The position numbers and the translations under genes were made by a program. Source: Callorhinchus milii (taxonomy: Eukaryota). From it: a stretch of 64,000 nucleotides of DNA. Where the stretch lies: positions 6,326,001 through 6,390,000 of the forward strand of contig NW_024704742.1 of NCBI RefSeq assembly GCF_018977255.1, read 5' to 3'. Positions 1 to 11,788 of the stretch are shown piece after piece (position 1 is the stretch's first letter; every line of letters begins with the position of its first letter). Below the pieces are notes generated by a model. That model was not told the origin of the DNA, did no database searches, and saw nothing but the letters and a program-made list of their open reading frames with translations.

Positions 1-544
1 AAAGTTATACGAGGCAGAGGTGCAAAGTTGTCATTGTCATTTGTCACAAAAATCATTATTTTAAAACAAACTATCGATCAAACATTGGGAGACACATTCC
101 CCAGTTCTTGCCCAAATTAGTTCTGAGTGAAACCCAATCCCAATGTAACTTTGTTCAATGAACTGAATCCTGGGATTTCAAAATGGCATCGCTGGTTAGG
201 ATTACTGAGTTGCAAATATAACGGTGGGAAGGGAGAGCTTATATTTTTTGATTGCTAAAATATTTTTTCGTACAAACATTTTTTATGGGATTTGCTTGTA
301 AAGATCACTTCCATTTGCACTCAGTGTATGTTAGACCCTCATGTATGTTTCGCTAACGTTCAATAACAAGACAGAGCTTTCCATCACTGGAATTATTGCG
401 GATGGTGATGGACATTAAGGTGAGGGATTATCAGTCCTGGAAGATGAGCCACTTTCAACACTTTCTATATAGAGCACTCTCAGTTCACATGTTGTGCAGT
501 CACAAGCTGAGTAAAACTCTCTCTACTCTCTCCATTCATACAGC

Positions 545-720
545 ATAATCCTTGATTTGATAAAGCCCCTTATCACGTGTTCGAGACATCTCAAAGCGCT
601 TCACAGAATACACTGTAAAGCGAATTGACTGTATATTTTGTGGACAAAACACGGCAGCCAATTGCGCACAGCAGCGTCCCCACAAAAGTCGTGGATTTAT
701 CTTTTGGTTTTGAAGGAATT
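545..720 (-). mobile_element. SINE 3' fragment (L2-type tail plus Deu-type 3' segment)
   Basis: ataatccttg...gagacatctcaaagcgcttcacagaatacactgtaaagcgaattgactgtatattttgtgg...gcagccaattgcgcacagc is the reverse complement of the tail of the full-length SINEs in this window. Confidence 0.85.
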
Positions 721-929
721 ATTTAACTTAATTTAACTTAATCTTCAAAAGAGTTGCTTCCCTGCCCCAGAGTAACATTGCAATTTTTTAAGGCTTTTTT
801 TTTCTTTCAATAAGAATGGGGATTTAATACCGACTTGGGGAAGCGTGGAGTTGAAGACAGGGGTTACCAAGAAGTTAAGATCCTGATGTTTACAAAGTAC
901 TGAGGTAAGAGCATCATATGTAAAATAAA

Positions 930-1270
930 AAAGGCACGTTTTGAGACTGTGATCTACTTCAAAACTGTAGTGATGTTGGAACTACTGTCGTGTGCAATCA
1001 CTGTGCATTGTGTAGGTGAATGGGGCAGGCAATTTGCAAGGTCCCATAAACAGCCATGAAATGAATGACTAATTTTATCTGGGGGATTGTTGGCTAGAAT
1101 ATACTAAAGAAAAATTCCCTTTTCTTTTGTTTCATGGAATATTTAACATCCATCTGAATAAGCAGGTAGATCCTCAGTTGAACGTCTCATCCAAAGAAAG
1201 ACACAGTATAGTAAACCACAAGCAATAAGCAGACAGAAGAAGACAGAAGACTGTCAGCCTAGACTATGAT
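930..1270 (-). mobile_element. Old Deu-domain SINE fragment
   Basis: catggaatatttaacatccatctgaataagcagg...cctcagttgaacgtctcatccaaagaaag resembles the reverse complement of the Deu core seen at 24810-25245. Confidence 0.65.
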
Positions 1271-2464
1271 GTTTGTGTGACCGTCTGAGCACTTTTGTCT
1301 GTGTTAAGCAGTCTGAGCAAGGGTCCTTGAATGAGCTCGTGTATATCCTCTCTACTGGCCCACCACAGTTGAGGCAATTGTATAACTTTCATTACACTGC
1401 CAGACATCATGAAACAAGAGTTTTTGGAAGAAATATTCCAAAGAGGTGATAGAATGCTAGGAATCAGACTCTTTCACGCGACTGCTGGAAATTGGATTCC
1501 ACTCGACTGCTAACCGCATGCTAAGGTTTTGTTTTAATAAGTGCATTTTTATGCTTCGCTCTGTGATCAGTGCTAGTCTGGAGCAGGTTACTGCTTTGTT
1601 ACTGCCATGAGCTCAGCATTTAGGAATGTCCACAAAATTGAAGAAAGTCAATTAACACCTTTTAATGCTTAGGCCTGAAGAACTGGAGAGTCTCTGGTCT
1701 CTGGGGGAAAAGCAGCTCTGTTCATTTTCAGTTGACGTACCGTGAAGCTGACTTCTCCCCTCTGCCCAATTATAGCCAAATGACGACCTTGGCATCAGGA
1801 AAACTTTGCTACTGTTATACTAACTCCAACTCGCTAAACTCCATTTACAGAATTACCTGTAATCTTTTTCATCAATTCTTCACTGGATAACAAAGTTATC
1901 ATGGTTAACCCCACCTGCCATGTTTGCACTTAACAATGATCCTTACATTTTGATACAGTGCATGCAATGTCAAAATCTGCTTCACAGGGACTGTATTTCT
2001 AGGCAAATGCAATGGCCAATTTGCGCACAGCAAGCTCCCATGGCCATGAACTGAATGACAGCAATTGCAAATTTTGCAAGGAGGAAAATTAACTTGGAAG
2101 CTGGCTGTATTCCTATGGTACCTCACCACGTATGAATGCAAAAAGTGAATCGATGACTAGATTGCTGAGTGGTTCCAATGAGGTGATTGTAAAACACGTT
2201 CTGTTCCACAGTCTCTTCTCAATTCAGGGTCAGGCAACATCAAATGTGAAAAATATATCAAGCGGTAGAAATATAGACTGGATTTTTTGCACAGTCTTTG
2301 AATTTAAAACACTGCAATTTCAAAGTGGTTGTTGACAATGCAATTTTTTTGTGTCATAACACAATGCAATTTATATTTCTACAGCGCCTTTCACAGCAGG
2401 AAGACATCTCAATTCATTGAACCATTGGCAACAGGTTTAAGTGTAACTGGGACACTTCAATAAT

Positions 2465-2700
2465 GTAATAATATAATAATCCTTACATTTGATATAGCAT
2501 CTTTCATGTCAGGAGGACACCTCTAAGCTTTTCACAAGGATGTACTGTGAAGTGTAATGACTGTGTATTCTGTGTGCAAACATTACAGCCATTGATAACC
2601 AGAAATGTCCCCAAAACAGCCATGACGTGAATGATCAGTTTTATTTGGACGATTTATGGCAATGACACCAGGAAAAAACTTCCTTCTTTTTCAAAAGCTA
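2465..2700 (-). mobile_element. Old Deu-domain SINE 3' fragment
   Basis: (AAT)n-ccttacatttgatatagc tail followed by aaacagccatgacgtgaatgatca...gacaccaggaaaaaacttcc. Confidence 0.7.
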
Positions 2701-3100
2701 ATTCAAATAATGTACATAATAGCTTGAAATTACGTTTGGCAATGCTTTATAGCGAAGAATTTAAAAAATGTGTATAATATTAATATACTTTGGCTCTGCT
2801 ATACATTTAGCAGATGTTTTTAATGTCAAAGTTATTCTGTTTCCAATATCGAAAGCCCATAACTTCCAAACAACTGATTTTGTGGCGATTTTACATACAC
2901 CTTCAATTTGGTCCCCTATAAATAAAGATTCCATGCTTGACTTTTAATGTGCACAGCATTTCTCCGTTAGTGTCGGGTGTTTTATCTCACATTTCTCAAG
3001 AACAACAATCATTTTCATTTCTATAGTGGCCTTTATGTCAGAGAATGTTTCATGGTGATTTCTAAAGATGGAGTTGGAGCCGGAGCTGGGGGAGGGTGAG

Positions 3101-3365
3101 ATGTGTGTGTGTGTGTGTGTGTACCTAGGTGCATGTGTGTGTGCACGCATGTGTGTGTATGTGTGTGTGTACCTAGGTGCATGTGTGTGTGCGTGCGTGT
3201 GTGTGTGTATGTGTGTGTACCTAGGTGCATGTGTGTGTGTGTGCGTGCGTGTGTGTGTGTATGTGTGTGTACCTAGGTGCATGTGTGTGTGCGTGCGTGT
3301 GTGTGTGTGTGTGTATGTGTGTGTGTACCTAGGTGCATGTGTGTGTGCGTGCGCGCGTGTGTGTG
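3101..3365. repeat. TG-rich minisatellite with recurring GTACCTAGGTGCAT unit (5 copies, ~50-bp period)
   Basis: gtacctaggtgcat at ~3121, 3169, 3217, 3269 and 3325, separated by (TG)n. Confidence 0.95.
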
Positions 3366-3849
3366 CAGGGGCGAATTAATGCAGGGGCTTTAGGGGCTGC
3401 AGCCCAGAGTGAGGACCCCCAAAAACGAGCAAGTGGTGACACTTGGGGCGTAGTGCAAGCCCCGCACAATCTCCGTTACATTATAGTAAAAATAATCCTT
3501 GCATTTGATACAGCGCCTTATCACGGCATTGAGAGACGTCTCAAAGTGCTTCACAGAGTACACTATGTATTTGAAGGCGAAACCTCTGGAGAGATGGATT
3601 TATCGTCGGAGGTTTGGTGCATACGCCAGAAGCCTCCTTATCACCGTCTCGCGGGGCACGCAAAAGCGATGGGCTGGGCCAATAGAAAATCGCGGTGCAG
3701 GGGGTGTTGGGATGGTGGGTGTAGCTTGAGCGGGTACGGGCTCTGTTTGCTGGTGATTGACCATGGCCTCCGCGCCTCTGTGCGTGTCACTGTGAAACAT
3801 TCTCTGACATAAAAGCCGCTGTAGAATTGAAAATTGTTGTCTCACTCCT

Positions 3850-4042
3850 CTGTCTGTATCTGTGTGTGTGCGTGTGTCTCTGTTTGTGAGTTGGCTTGTG
3901 TCTCTCCCTCTGGTGTCTGTTCTGTGAATGTGACGCTCTCTGTGTCTGTGTGTGTGTGTCTTTGAGTGTGTCTCTGTCTGTGTGTATGAGTGTGTCTCTA
4001 TGTGTGTGCATGTGTGTCTCTCTCTCCCTTGGTGTCTGTGTG
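3850..4042. repeat. Degenerate (TG/TC)n microsatellite
   Basis: Visible dinucleotide runs. Confidence 0.9.
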
Positions 4043-4402
4043 CAATGTTTGGCAGATCTCCAGACCTTCACAATTAGTGTAAGGTGGAAATAGACCATTC
4101 GGCCCTTTGAGTCTGCGCTGGTGTTTTTCCCCTCAAGTAGGACGCCCAGTTATTGTTAAAGAAAGCACCAATAAATAGTTTTTTTTGCAACAATCTATGA
4201 TGTGTTATTTCTTCATGTTTAGTTTTTAATCAATAAATTGGAAAAAAAAAGTGTGGGGTTAGCAGTAAAACGTGCCTCTCAATTGCACCAATCAACTCCC
4301 TGCAATTTTCCACCAAATCTGTCAAATTCCCCCATAATTTTTGGCAAATATTTACACAATTTTCTATTGGCGCCGGCGATAGGGAGTGAAGAGTGTGTGA
4401 AG

Positions 4403-4758
4403 TAATAATAATAATAATAATACTAATACTACTAATAATAACAATAATAATAATCCTCGCATTTGATATAGAGATTTTCACCTCTTCTCGATGTCTCAAA
4501 GCGCTTCACAGAATAGACTGTAAAGTGAATTGACCGTATATATTTTGTGGGCGAAACGCGGGAGCCAATTGCGCACAGCAAGTGTCCCACAAACAGTCAT
4601 GGATTGAAAATGACCAATTTATTATTGCTTTGTTTTGGAGGGATTATTATCAGGCGTGTGGAGTAAGGAAACTTGCCCAAAGTTTTGCCCTGCCGGGAAT
4701 TGAACCCAGGTGTCTCGCTTGCAAGGCGAGTGCTCTAACCACTGAGCTACAGGACTCC
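4403..4758 (-). mobile_element. Full-length young tRNA-Ala-headed SINE (short, internally deleted form)
   Basis: Reverse strand reads ggagtcctgtagctcagtggttagagcactcgccttgcaagcgagacacctgggttcaattcc (A/B boxes) through to an (ATT)n tail. Confidence 0.92.
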
Positions 4759-4812
4759 ACGTGTGAGAAGGAGAGGCAGCAGACAAGGAAACCGCTTCAC
4801 CTATTATGAGAA

Positions 4813-5060
4813 AATAGTCTGCAGTTTGTATTTCCCAATGTAGGCATTGCTTTACGAATTATTTTGACACTGCCAATAACTAATGCTGGAGGTGAACGCT
4901 CATTTTCATAACTAGTTTTAATCAACCATTGACTCAGGTCAATTCTGGACCAGCCAAGATGGAATAATTTGACATTAATATCTATCAAGTGTGATTTGCT
5001 TCACCAGCTGGATTTCAATGACATCATTGAAGACATTTTGGCCATGTAGAGTAACAAGTA
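4813..5060 (+). pseudogene. hAT transposase C-terminal dimerisation-domain remnant
   Basis: Translates as FPNVGIALRIILTLPITNAGGERSFS*LVLINH*LRSILDQPRWNNLTLISIKCDLLHQLDFNDIIEDI, containing the hAT-type ERSFS..L..LRS motif with in-frame stops. Confidence 0.85.
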
Positions 5061-6227
5061 ACTGACTTAACAGCTGTTCTAATGTAAATGCCATTGTTTG
5101 ATTTTACCTTTAACGTCACAAAGTGTGTTAGTACTGCCAGATTGTGCTGAAATTAATATGGTTTTGTTTTGTTCATTTTAACTGTGATTCAGGTTCACAG
5201 TTGTTATATCACATTTAAAAAATGGAACTGGAATAACCATGGTAAATTGACAATGGTGTGTTTGGCATCGCTGCGAAGATGGGTGGTGGTAAAACAGTAA
5301 AGGGAAGGAATTGAACAAGCAAAGAGGAGCCTCCAAAACTATAATAGCCCTGGGCTCCCAGCAAACGTAATCCAGCCCTGTGAGTGGTGAGTGAATGTAC
5401 CTTGTACTGCACAAAAGTCAGTAACAGCCATGTTCTGATGTTCTTTCACAGAACCTTCTAACTCAATAGTGAATCCCTTGGATAAAGAACAAAAAGGGTA
5501 CTTTTTATGCTCGGTGTGCTTTCTGGCCTCAGTGTTTGAGACTGTACACGATTTTGGCAAAGGACTCAGTGTTTGCTGAGAAAAGTTGTCACTGTGCAGC
5601 GATGGTCTTTAATAAATTTGCTTGGGTACCAATTTTCTCCTTAGGCAAATGAATGTAGTTTTTAATCCATCTTTTCCTGCTTTGTTTTAGTCAAGCAGAT
5701 GTGGGAGACTTCTTTGATCAGACTGCATGCTATGGAATTCTTATTAATGGACAAAGTTGAATTATAAGTTTTGACTCAGTATGTATTTGTTGGCTAATTG
5801 TATACTGATGTTTTTATTGAACCATCTGGTACTCTCTTTATCAAAGGCATAAGGGAACTACCCTTTTACCACTTTCTTGCAAATTTGAATATGTCTTAAA
5901 TCAACATGAATGATTGCACATCATCCACATATCTTTTGGCAGCTTATAAATTTTATGAAGCTGAGTTGGTTTCAAATGGTGGAGATAAATTTCTGCTGGA
6001 ATTGAGGAGAACCCATTGCTAACCAGGCAAGAGTTTAACAAGTCCGTAAGGGAATGTCAACAAAAGGGGATGCTTTCCCTTAGGTTTTTCATCTGCTTTC
6101 AGTTTTCCTATCGCTGAGATAATTTCCTTTACGGGTGTACCTGGGTTTGACTATAAAAGGCAGAGATTACTTCTTGTTCAGTGATTAACATCACAAAGGA
6201 ATGAAAAGAAAGAACGTGAAGTTTTAT

Positions 6228-6636
6228 AATAATAATCCTTACGTTTGATACAGCGCCTTATCATGTCTTCGAGACTCTTCAAAACACTTCACAGAATATA
6301 CTTGAAAGTGAATTGACTGTATATTTTTTTATGGGTGAAAATGGCAGCCACTTCGCACATAATGATATTCCACAAATAGCCATGGGATGAGTAATCAATT
6401 TTATCTGGGGCATTGTTTGCTAGGACACCAGGAGAAACTCCATTCTCTTTTCGAATAGTGCCATGGCATCTTTAACATCGACCTAGACTGTCAGACAGGA
6501 CGTCCAACAGTGCAACACACCCCCAGCACTGCACTGGAATGTCATCTTAGACAATATGGGTTCCAAGTCCCTGGGCTTGAACCGACAACCATCTGACTCA
6601 GAGGAAAGAGTGCTACCAACTGAGCCAGTCTGACAC
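6228..6636 (-). mobile_element. Near full-length old Deu-domain SINE with tRNA-like head
   Basis: Minus strand: gctcagttggtagcactctttcctctgagtcagatggttgtcggttcaagccc head; ttccagtgcagtgctgggg...gttaaagatgccatggcactattcgaaaagag Deu core; (ATT)n tail. Confidence 0.85.
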
Positions 6637-8189
6637 AGTATCTCTCTCTCTCTCTCCCCCTATATATATATATATATATCTAAAAGAGCCTTGTCAAGAA
6701 TGGATGGATGTCAATTATGGGGCGAAACGAATGTGAGAAACCATTGATCAGCATTTATATCGGCATTTTTATCAATATTTTCATGTCACAGATCACTGCC
6801 GATTTAGCAAATGGCATAAAGGTTATTGCCACGAATTATCAGCCGGTGAAAAACATGAATATAAAGGGAACCTTCAATCACAGAGTCAGCGCTAAGCCAT
6901 GCAGTGGCCTGTAGTGCTCCATGCAGTATGCCAATCTGTTTTGAATGATTGCTGTGAAATTTATACTGAGCACTATCAATCCCGTTCAGATCTTGTTGAC
7001 AGACATCCGTGACCCTTCTCATTTCTTAGACGGGGTCAATCTGCTGGGGTCAATGTCTGAGACGCTTAGGCGTAAATAAAAATACATTTAGCGTCTTTTG
7101 CTGATTCTGTCTGATCCACGGAAAACTTCGGAATATTAAAGTCTTTCATGGAATATGAAAACTGATGTAATCTTTGCTTTAGCAAAGCTAACAGAGAGAC
7201 CAAGAGGCTATAAGAAAAACACAAAGCCACAGATGCCTTATTAATACCTACAGAGGTCCATATGTTTCTTATCATTTGATAATGGGTTCAGCAGTTTTAT
7301 TTAAAAGGGAAAAAAAAACTTTTACAAAATTGAGTTTGTTCATGTAATTTCCCAAAAAAGCATGCCTGAATCCCATGACACCTTGAGTGTTTCTCAATTT
7401 CCATTATGGATTGCTGGTTCAAACATCTGCAGTGTTTGGTTCATTACTGGGCTCGAACCTACACCTCTTTGAAGTCCTCAGTGAGAGACAATCAAATTAT
7501 TAACGCAGCGCAGCAAACGGAAAGCAACTTCCTGGCAGCACAAGATCAATAGTTGACAAGGCAAGATATCAAATGAACCCGACAGGACAGACCTACAGGG
7601 GAAGTATGTAATCTGTGTTTCAGTAAGGGTGGAACAAGTGGCCTCCTATCATACTTGAGACACGTTCACCCCGCCAGCAAACAAACACACTGCAATGCCT
7701 TAACTGCAAAATGAGGCCTTGGCTTAGTTTCAACTTTCCATTTTGCCATCGGGGGAAACAACCTAAATCCAGGCTGATCACCTAGTTCTGCTTAAAAAAT
7801 CTAATTGAACCATGTAATGCACCTCGGGGTTGGTTTTGGCTCTGTTTTGCTGCCCAAGGTTCCATAAGGTTGAATTATCAGCTACGGCTTGGCAGCTGAG
7901 GGGATAGCCTGCTGCGTACCTAAATATGTTCATTGGACAAATATTCCAGGTTCTGGTTGATTTCACATACGTAGAATGTGCACTAATGCCATTAGCCTTC
8001 AGGCTTTAAATAACATCCGTTAAAGGGAATTTTATTGATGGAGTAGATACTTGGGAAAGTGAATGTGTTGCCTCTGGACAGCAACAACTTGTACTTATAA
8101 GGCACACTTCAAATGGGAAGAATTTCTCAAACATTTCATACAAGTATGGGGTTCACCAAGCAGAGAGGAGATGACGTGGAATTTGAGAG

Positions 8190-8480
8190 AGTTTCTCGCA
8201 TTACAATGCGATGTAGCTCCCTTACTGCATCATCAAAACGTCTCAAAGCACTCAACAGGAATTAATGTAAAGTGTAGTATTGTAGGTGAACGTGGCAACA
8301 AAATTGTGCAAATCAATGTCGCACAAGTAGTAAATGAGTAATTTTATCTTGGGGAATGTTGGCCAGAAAAAAACCCCTTCTCTTTTTGAATAATACTACG
8401 AGATCTTAACGTCCACCAGAACAGGCAGACGGGGTCTTGGTTTAATACCTCGTTCAGAACACAACCAATACAACACACCC
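8190..8480 (-). mobile_element. Old Deu-domain SINE fragment
   Basis: agatcttaacgtccaccagaacaggcagacggggtcttggtttaa is the reverse complement of the Deu core. Confidence 0.7.
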
Positions 8481-8482
8481 TT

Positions 8483-9122
8483 ACAACAACAACAACTTGC
8501 ATTTATATGACGCCCTTCACATGGGGCAGAGGCTTGGAATGCTTAACAATGTCGGAGCCTGATGCTGATCTGGGGTGAGGGTGGAAGTGACCGTAGGTAA
8601 CGTCTTCAGTTATGATCTAAAAGAGGGGAAAGATGGGGCAGAAGAGAGGATTGGGGGAGAGAGAGTTCCAAAGCTTTGGGGCGTAGTGGCTGAAAGCACG
8701 ACCGCCGATGGTGGAGTGGAGAGGATGAGGGACAAGCAGGAAGCCAGAGGCAGGCGAGCGGAGGCAGCAGATAGTTGAATGGGGAGAAAGCAGGTCAGAA
8801 AGGTAGGGAGGTGCCAGGTGTAAAGGGATTTTTAGACAAATGAGAGGATCTTGAAATCAATCTGTTCTATGACAGGAAACCAGTGGAGCCTGGCAGAGTT
8901 CTGAGTCAGTTGTAGTTTGTGGGAAATGGAGCTGGGGAGATCGGTGAGAAGAGCATTGGAGTAGTTGAGGTGGGAGATGACAAAAGCATGATGAGGGTTT
9001 TGTCTGTGTTGGGGTGAGGTATGGTCAAAAGTGGGCAATGTGATGGAGGTGGAGAATAGGGGTCTTGGTTAGGACTGGATGTGGGGAGGAAGGGCAGCTG
9101 GGGGTCGAACCTGATGCCCAGG
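8483..9122 (-). mobile_element. L2-clade LINE 3' fragment
   Basis: (CAA)n-cttgcatttatat tail; minus ORF reads HAFVISHLNYSNALLTDLP...LQLTQNSARLHWFPVIEQIDFKIL, typical of the L2 ORF2 C-terminus. Confidence 0.9.
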
Positions 9123-10849
9123 TTAGCGTTTTTTTACGCCCAGGTTTTTATATTACATGTGGTATATTTTAGCACCGCCTCGACTGTGAGCCCAAGATGA
9201 AATGTGGGGCTTGAACCCACAACCTTCTGACCCAGGGGAGACAACGCTACCAATTAAGCCGGGTTGATACCTAGACCAAGCTGTTGAAAAGTAAGTAACT
9301 GGGTGGGAATGCCCATTCCATTTTTTATTTTTTGTGGTTTTGTTACTTGTGAGATTTTTTAACATTTTTTATATTACATGTGGTGTGTTTTAAGCCAAGA
9401 AAGTGCTCTGGGACTCTACCCTGCGTAAAGGCGCTGCATAAATGCAAGTTGTTGTTGTTGTTGTTAAAGGATTTGACTAAAATCTGGGAGTTTTTTTCAC
9501 ATTTTGCAAAGTTGGCGATAACACTCTACAATAATGGCTTCCATTAAAGTTGTTAAGCAATTAAACCTGTGATCCACTCGAGCCCTGGGCACCTTGAAGA
9601 CTGCCTGGTTTATATCTCCGATCACGACTTCCAAGGTTAACCACTGCAGGCAGCAGAGCATTTGTGAACTCGGATTGTTACTGTATCGCAACAATAGTAG
9701 TACACATGGACAAACCTAACTTACAGCTGGAGCCTTGGTACTTGAATAGTTGAGCTGTGGCGTGCTTCTGACCTTATTTAGATAATAAGGTCTGGTCAAT
9801 TAGAGGGTATGTCTCCTGATGTCACATTTATTCTGTGGCTCGCTGCAGAGAGGGTTCAGATAGCAAGCACCACCTCTGCAGAAGCCAGAGGCTACTGGGG
9901 CTGGAGACTCTGTATTGTTGACACTGGGATGGAAATGTCCGCACTGTTGCTGTGTGAGAAAGGATTGGGCTCTGCCGAGATAAGCCCAAATAAATTGCCA
10001 AACATGCCTAGCTCGATTGTTAGCACTTCCTTCTCTGAGTCAGAAGGTTGTAGGTTCAAAGCCTATATCGGGACTTTGAATTCATAGGGTGATCCAATAT
10101 ATTGGCTGCCACGAGCTGGATGCCCTATTTGAGAAAGGTTGGCTGGGCTAATCCTAATTTGAGTAAAGCGCAGTCAGTCTTCTGACACTATTGGGAAAAA
10201 AAAGGGAGATTCTCCCAGTGCCTTTTAGCCACTCGATTGCTAATGATACCGGTTTCTACGCATTTCAGACAAAGTCACATCACCTCTCGTTGGTGAACAT
10301 CTCACAAAACACCTTTGTGAGCCTCAGAAACTGCAAATGTTTAATTTCTCCTCAAAACATGTAGAAATTACATTCATTGAATCCCGTTGTAATAATTTCT
10401 TGATCACTTTTACTGTGCTGCCAGTTTAAGTCTTGTAACTGTTGATTCATACTGGAATCCATATGCCCAACGATGTTTCTGTTAACTTATGCAATACACT
10501 ACTGAAATCTCAAGGCTATAGAGACTATGTTAACAGGATAACATATCTTGCATGTCAGGCGTACAGGAAGGGATGACTGATGCATGACCTCATCGCGTCA
10601 CTAACCACATGTCTGTCCTTCAATACATTATCAAAATGCTCACAACTCAAAACAAAATATTGCACCAAAGTTCAAATCTTCCACACAGCATCTGCTGCAG
10701 TGAAAACCCTTCCCGAATGGTCAGAGTGACAAATATTGTGTTCAGTGCTGGTCATTCGTAAGTATTGCAGAAATTGAGCTTGTCTGCAAAGTATCAAGAA
10801 CTAACTCGTCAGCACTTTCAAAGATCCACCTTATGATAAAATGAGGACA

Positions 10850-11288
10850 AATCTCCTTGGAGCAGTGAAGATTGAGGGGATATTTAATAGAGGTGTTCAA
10901 AATTATGAGGGTTTTTGATAGAGGAGATAGAGGAGAAACTGTTTCCTCTGGCGGGTGGGTCGGTAACCAGAGGACACAGCTTTAAGATAATCGGCAAAAG
11001 AACCAGAGGGGAGACAAGGAGAATTTTTTTGTTACGATCTGGAACGCATTGCGTGAAAGGCTGGTGGAAGCAGATTCCATAATAACTTTCAAAAGGGAAT
11101 TAGATAGGTACTTAAAAAGGAAGAATTTGCAGGTCTATGGGGTAAGAGCGGGGGAGTGGGACTAGTTGGTAGCTCTTTCAAAGAGCCGGCACAGGGCCAA
11201 ATGGCCTCCTTCTGTGCTGTAAGCACTCTGGGATGCTACCCCGCATAAAGGTATAAATGCAAGTCGTTTTTGTTGTATGATTCTATGA
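10850..11288 (+). mobile_element. CR1-clade LINE 3' end
   Basis: Encodes SLEQ*RLRG.LIEVFKIM...TRGHSFKIIG...IWNAL.ERLVEADSIITFKRELDRYL; 3' UTR ends aaatggcctccttctgtgctgt...tatgattctatga. Confidence 0.92.
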
Positions 11289-11529
11289 AATCCTTCGCCA
11301 TTTCCAATAACCTAAATATCAAATCACTGACTAAATACAGGCTTCGTGACTGCAAATGAAGTCATTAAAAGACTTACTTGGAAAAGAGAAGGGAATTTTT
11401 CCACGGTATCCTGGCCAACAATTCCCCAGATACAATTGAAGATTCACGACAAGGCTGTTTGTGAGTCATTGATGTGTGTAAATTGTCAGCCATGTTCACC
11501 CATAACAGACAAAGTCACTATTATATTTT

Positions 11530-11788
11530 ATATTAGACTTGCAAAACACTTTCAGAATCCTCCCGGTGTGAAAAGCGTCAGGCCATTCTATAAGAGATAC
11601 GCCAGGTGATTGTAAGTTTGTACCAGTTGAGATAATGTATTCCCTTCTCTTTTCTAATTATGCCACAAGATGTTTAACATCCACCTGAACAGAGAGACGC
11701 AGCAATACAGTTTAATGTCTCATTGAAGGATGATACCTCCCACAGTGCAGTGCACACCCCAGCATTACACTGGTGTGTCTGCCTAGAC
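11530..11788 (-). mobile_element. Old Deu-domain SINE fragments
   Basis: tttaacatccacctgaacagagagacg...gtttaatgtctcattgaaggatgatacctcccacagtgcagtgcacaccccagcattacactgg. Confidence 0.7.

Larger units (their letters stand above)
3366..5380 (+). mobile_element. Decayed, internally deleted hAT DNA transposon with nested SINEs and microsatellite
   Basis: Left end CAGGGGCGAATTA (3366) and right end TAATCCAGCCCTG (5368-5380) resemble hAT TIRs. A transposase C-terminal remnant lies at 4813-5060. Pairing of the two ends is inferred and the TSD is not clean. Confidence 0.55.

Noticed and set aside
3101..3365. Regularly spaced palindromic ACCTAGGT units resembling a CRISPR array
   Set aside because: Spacers are (TG)n, not unique; eukaryotic context with no cas genes; it is a minisatellite
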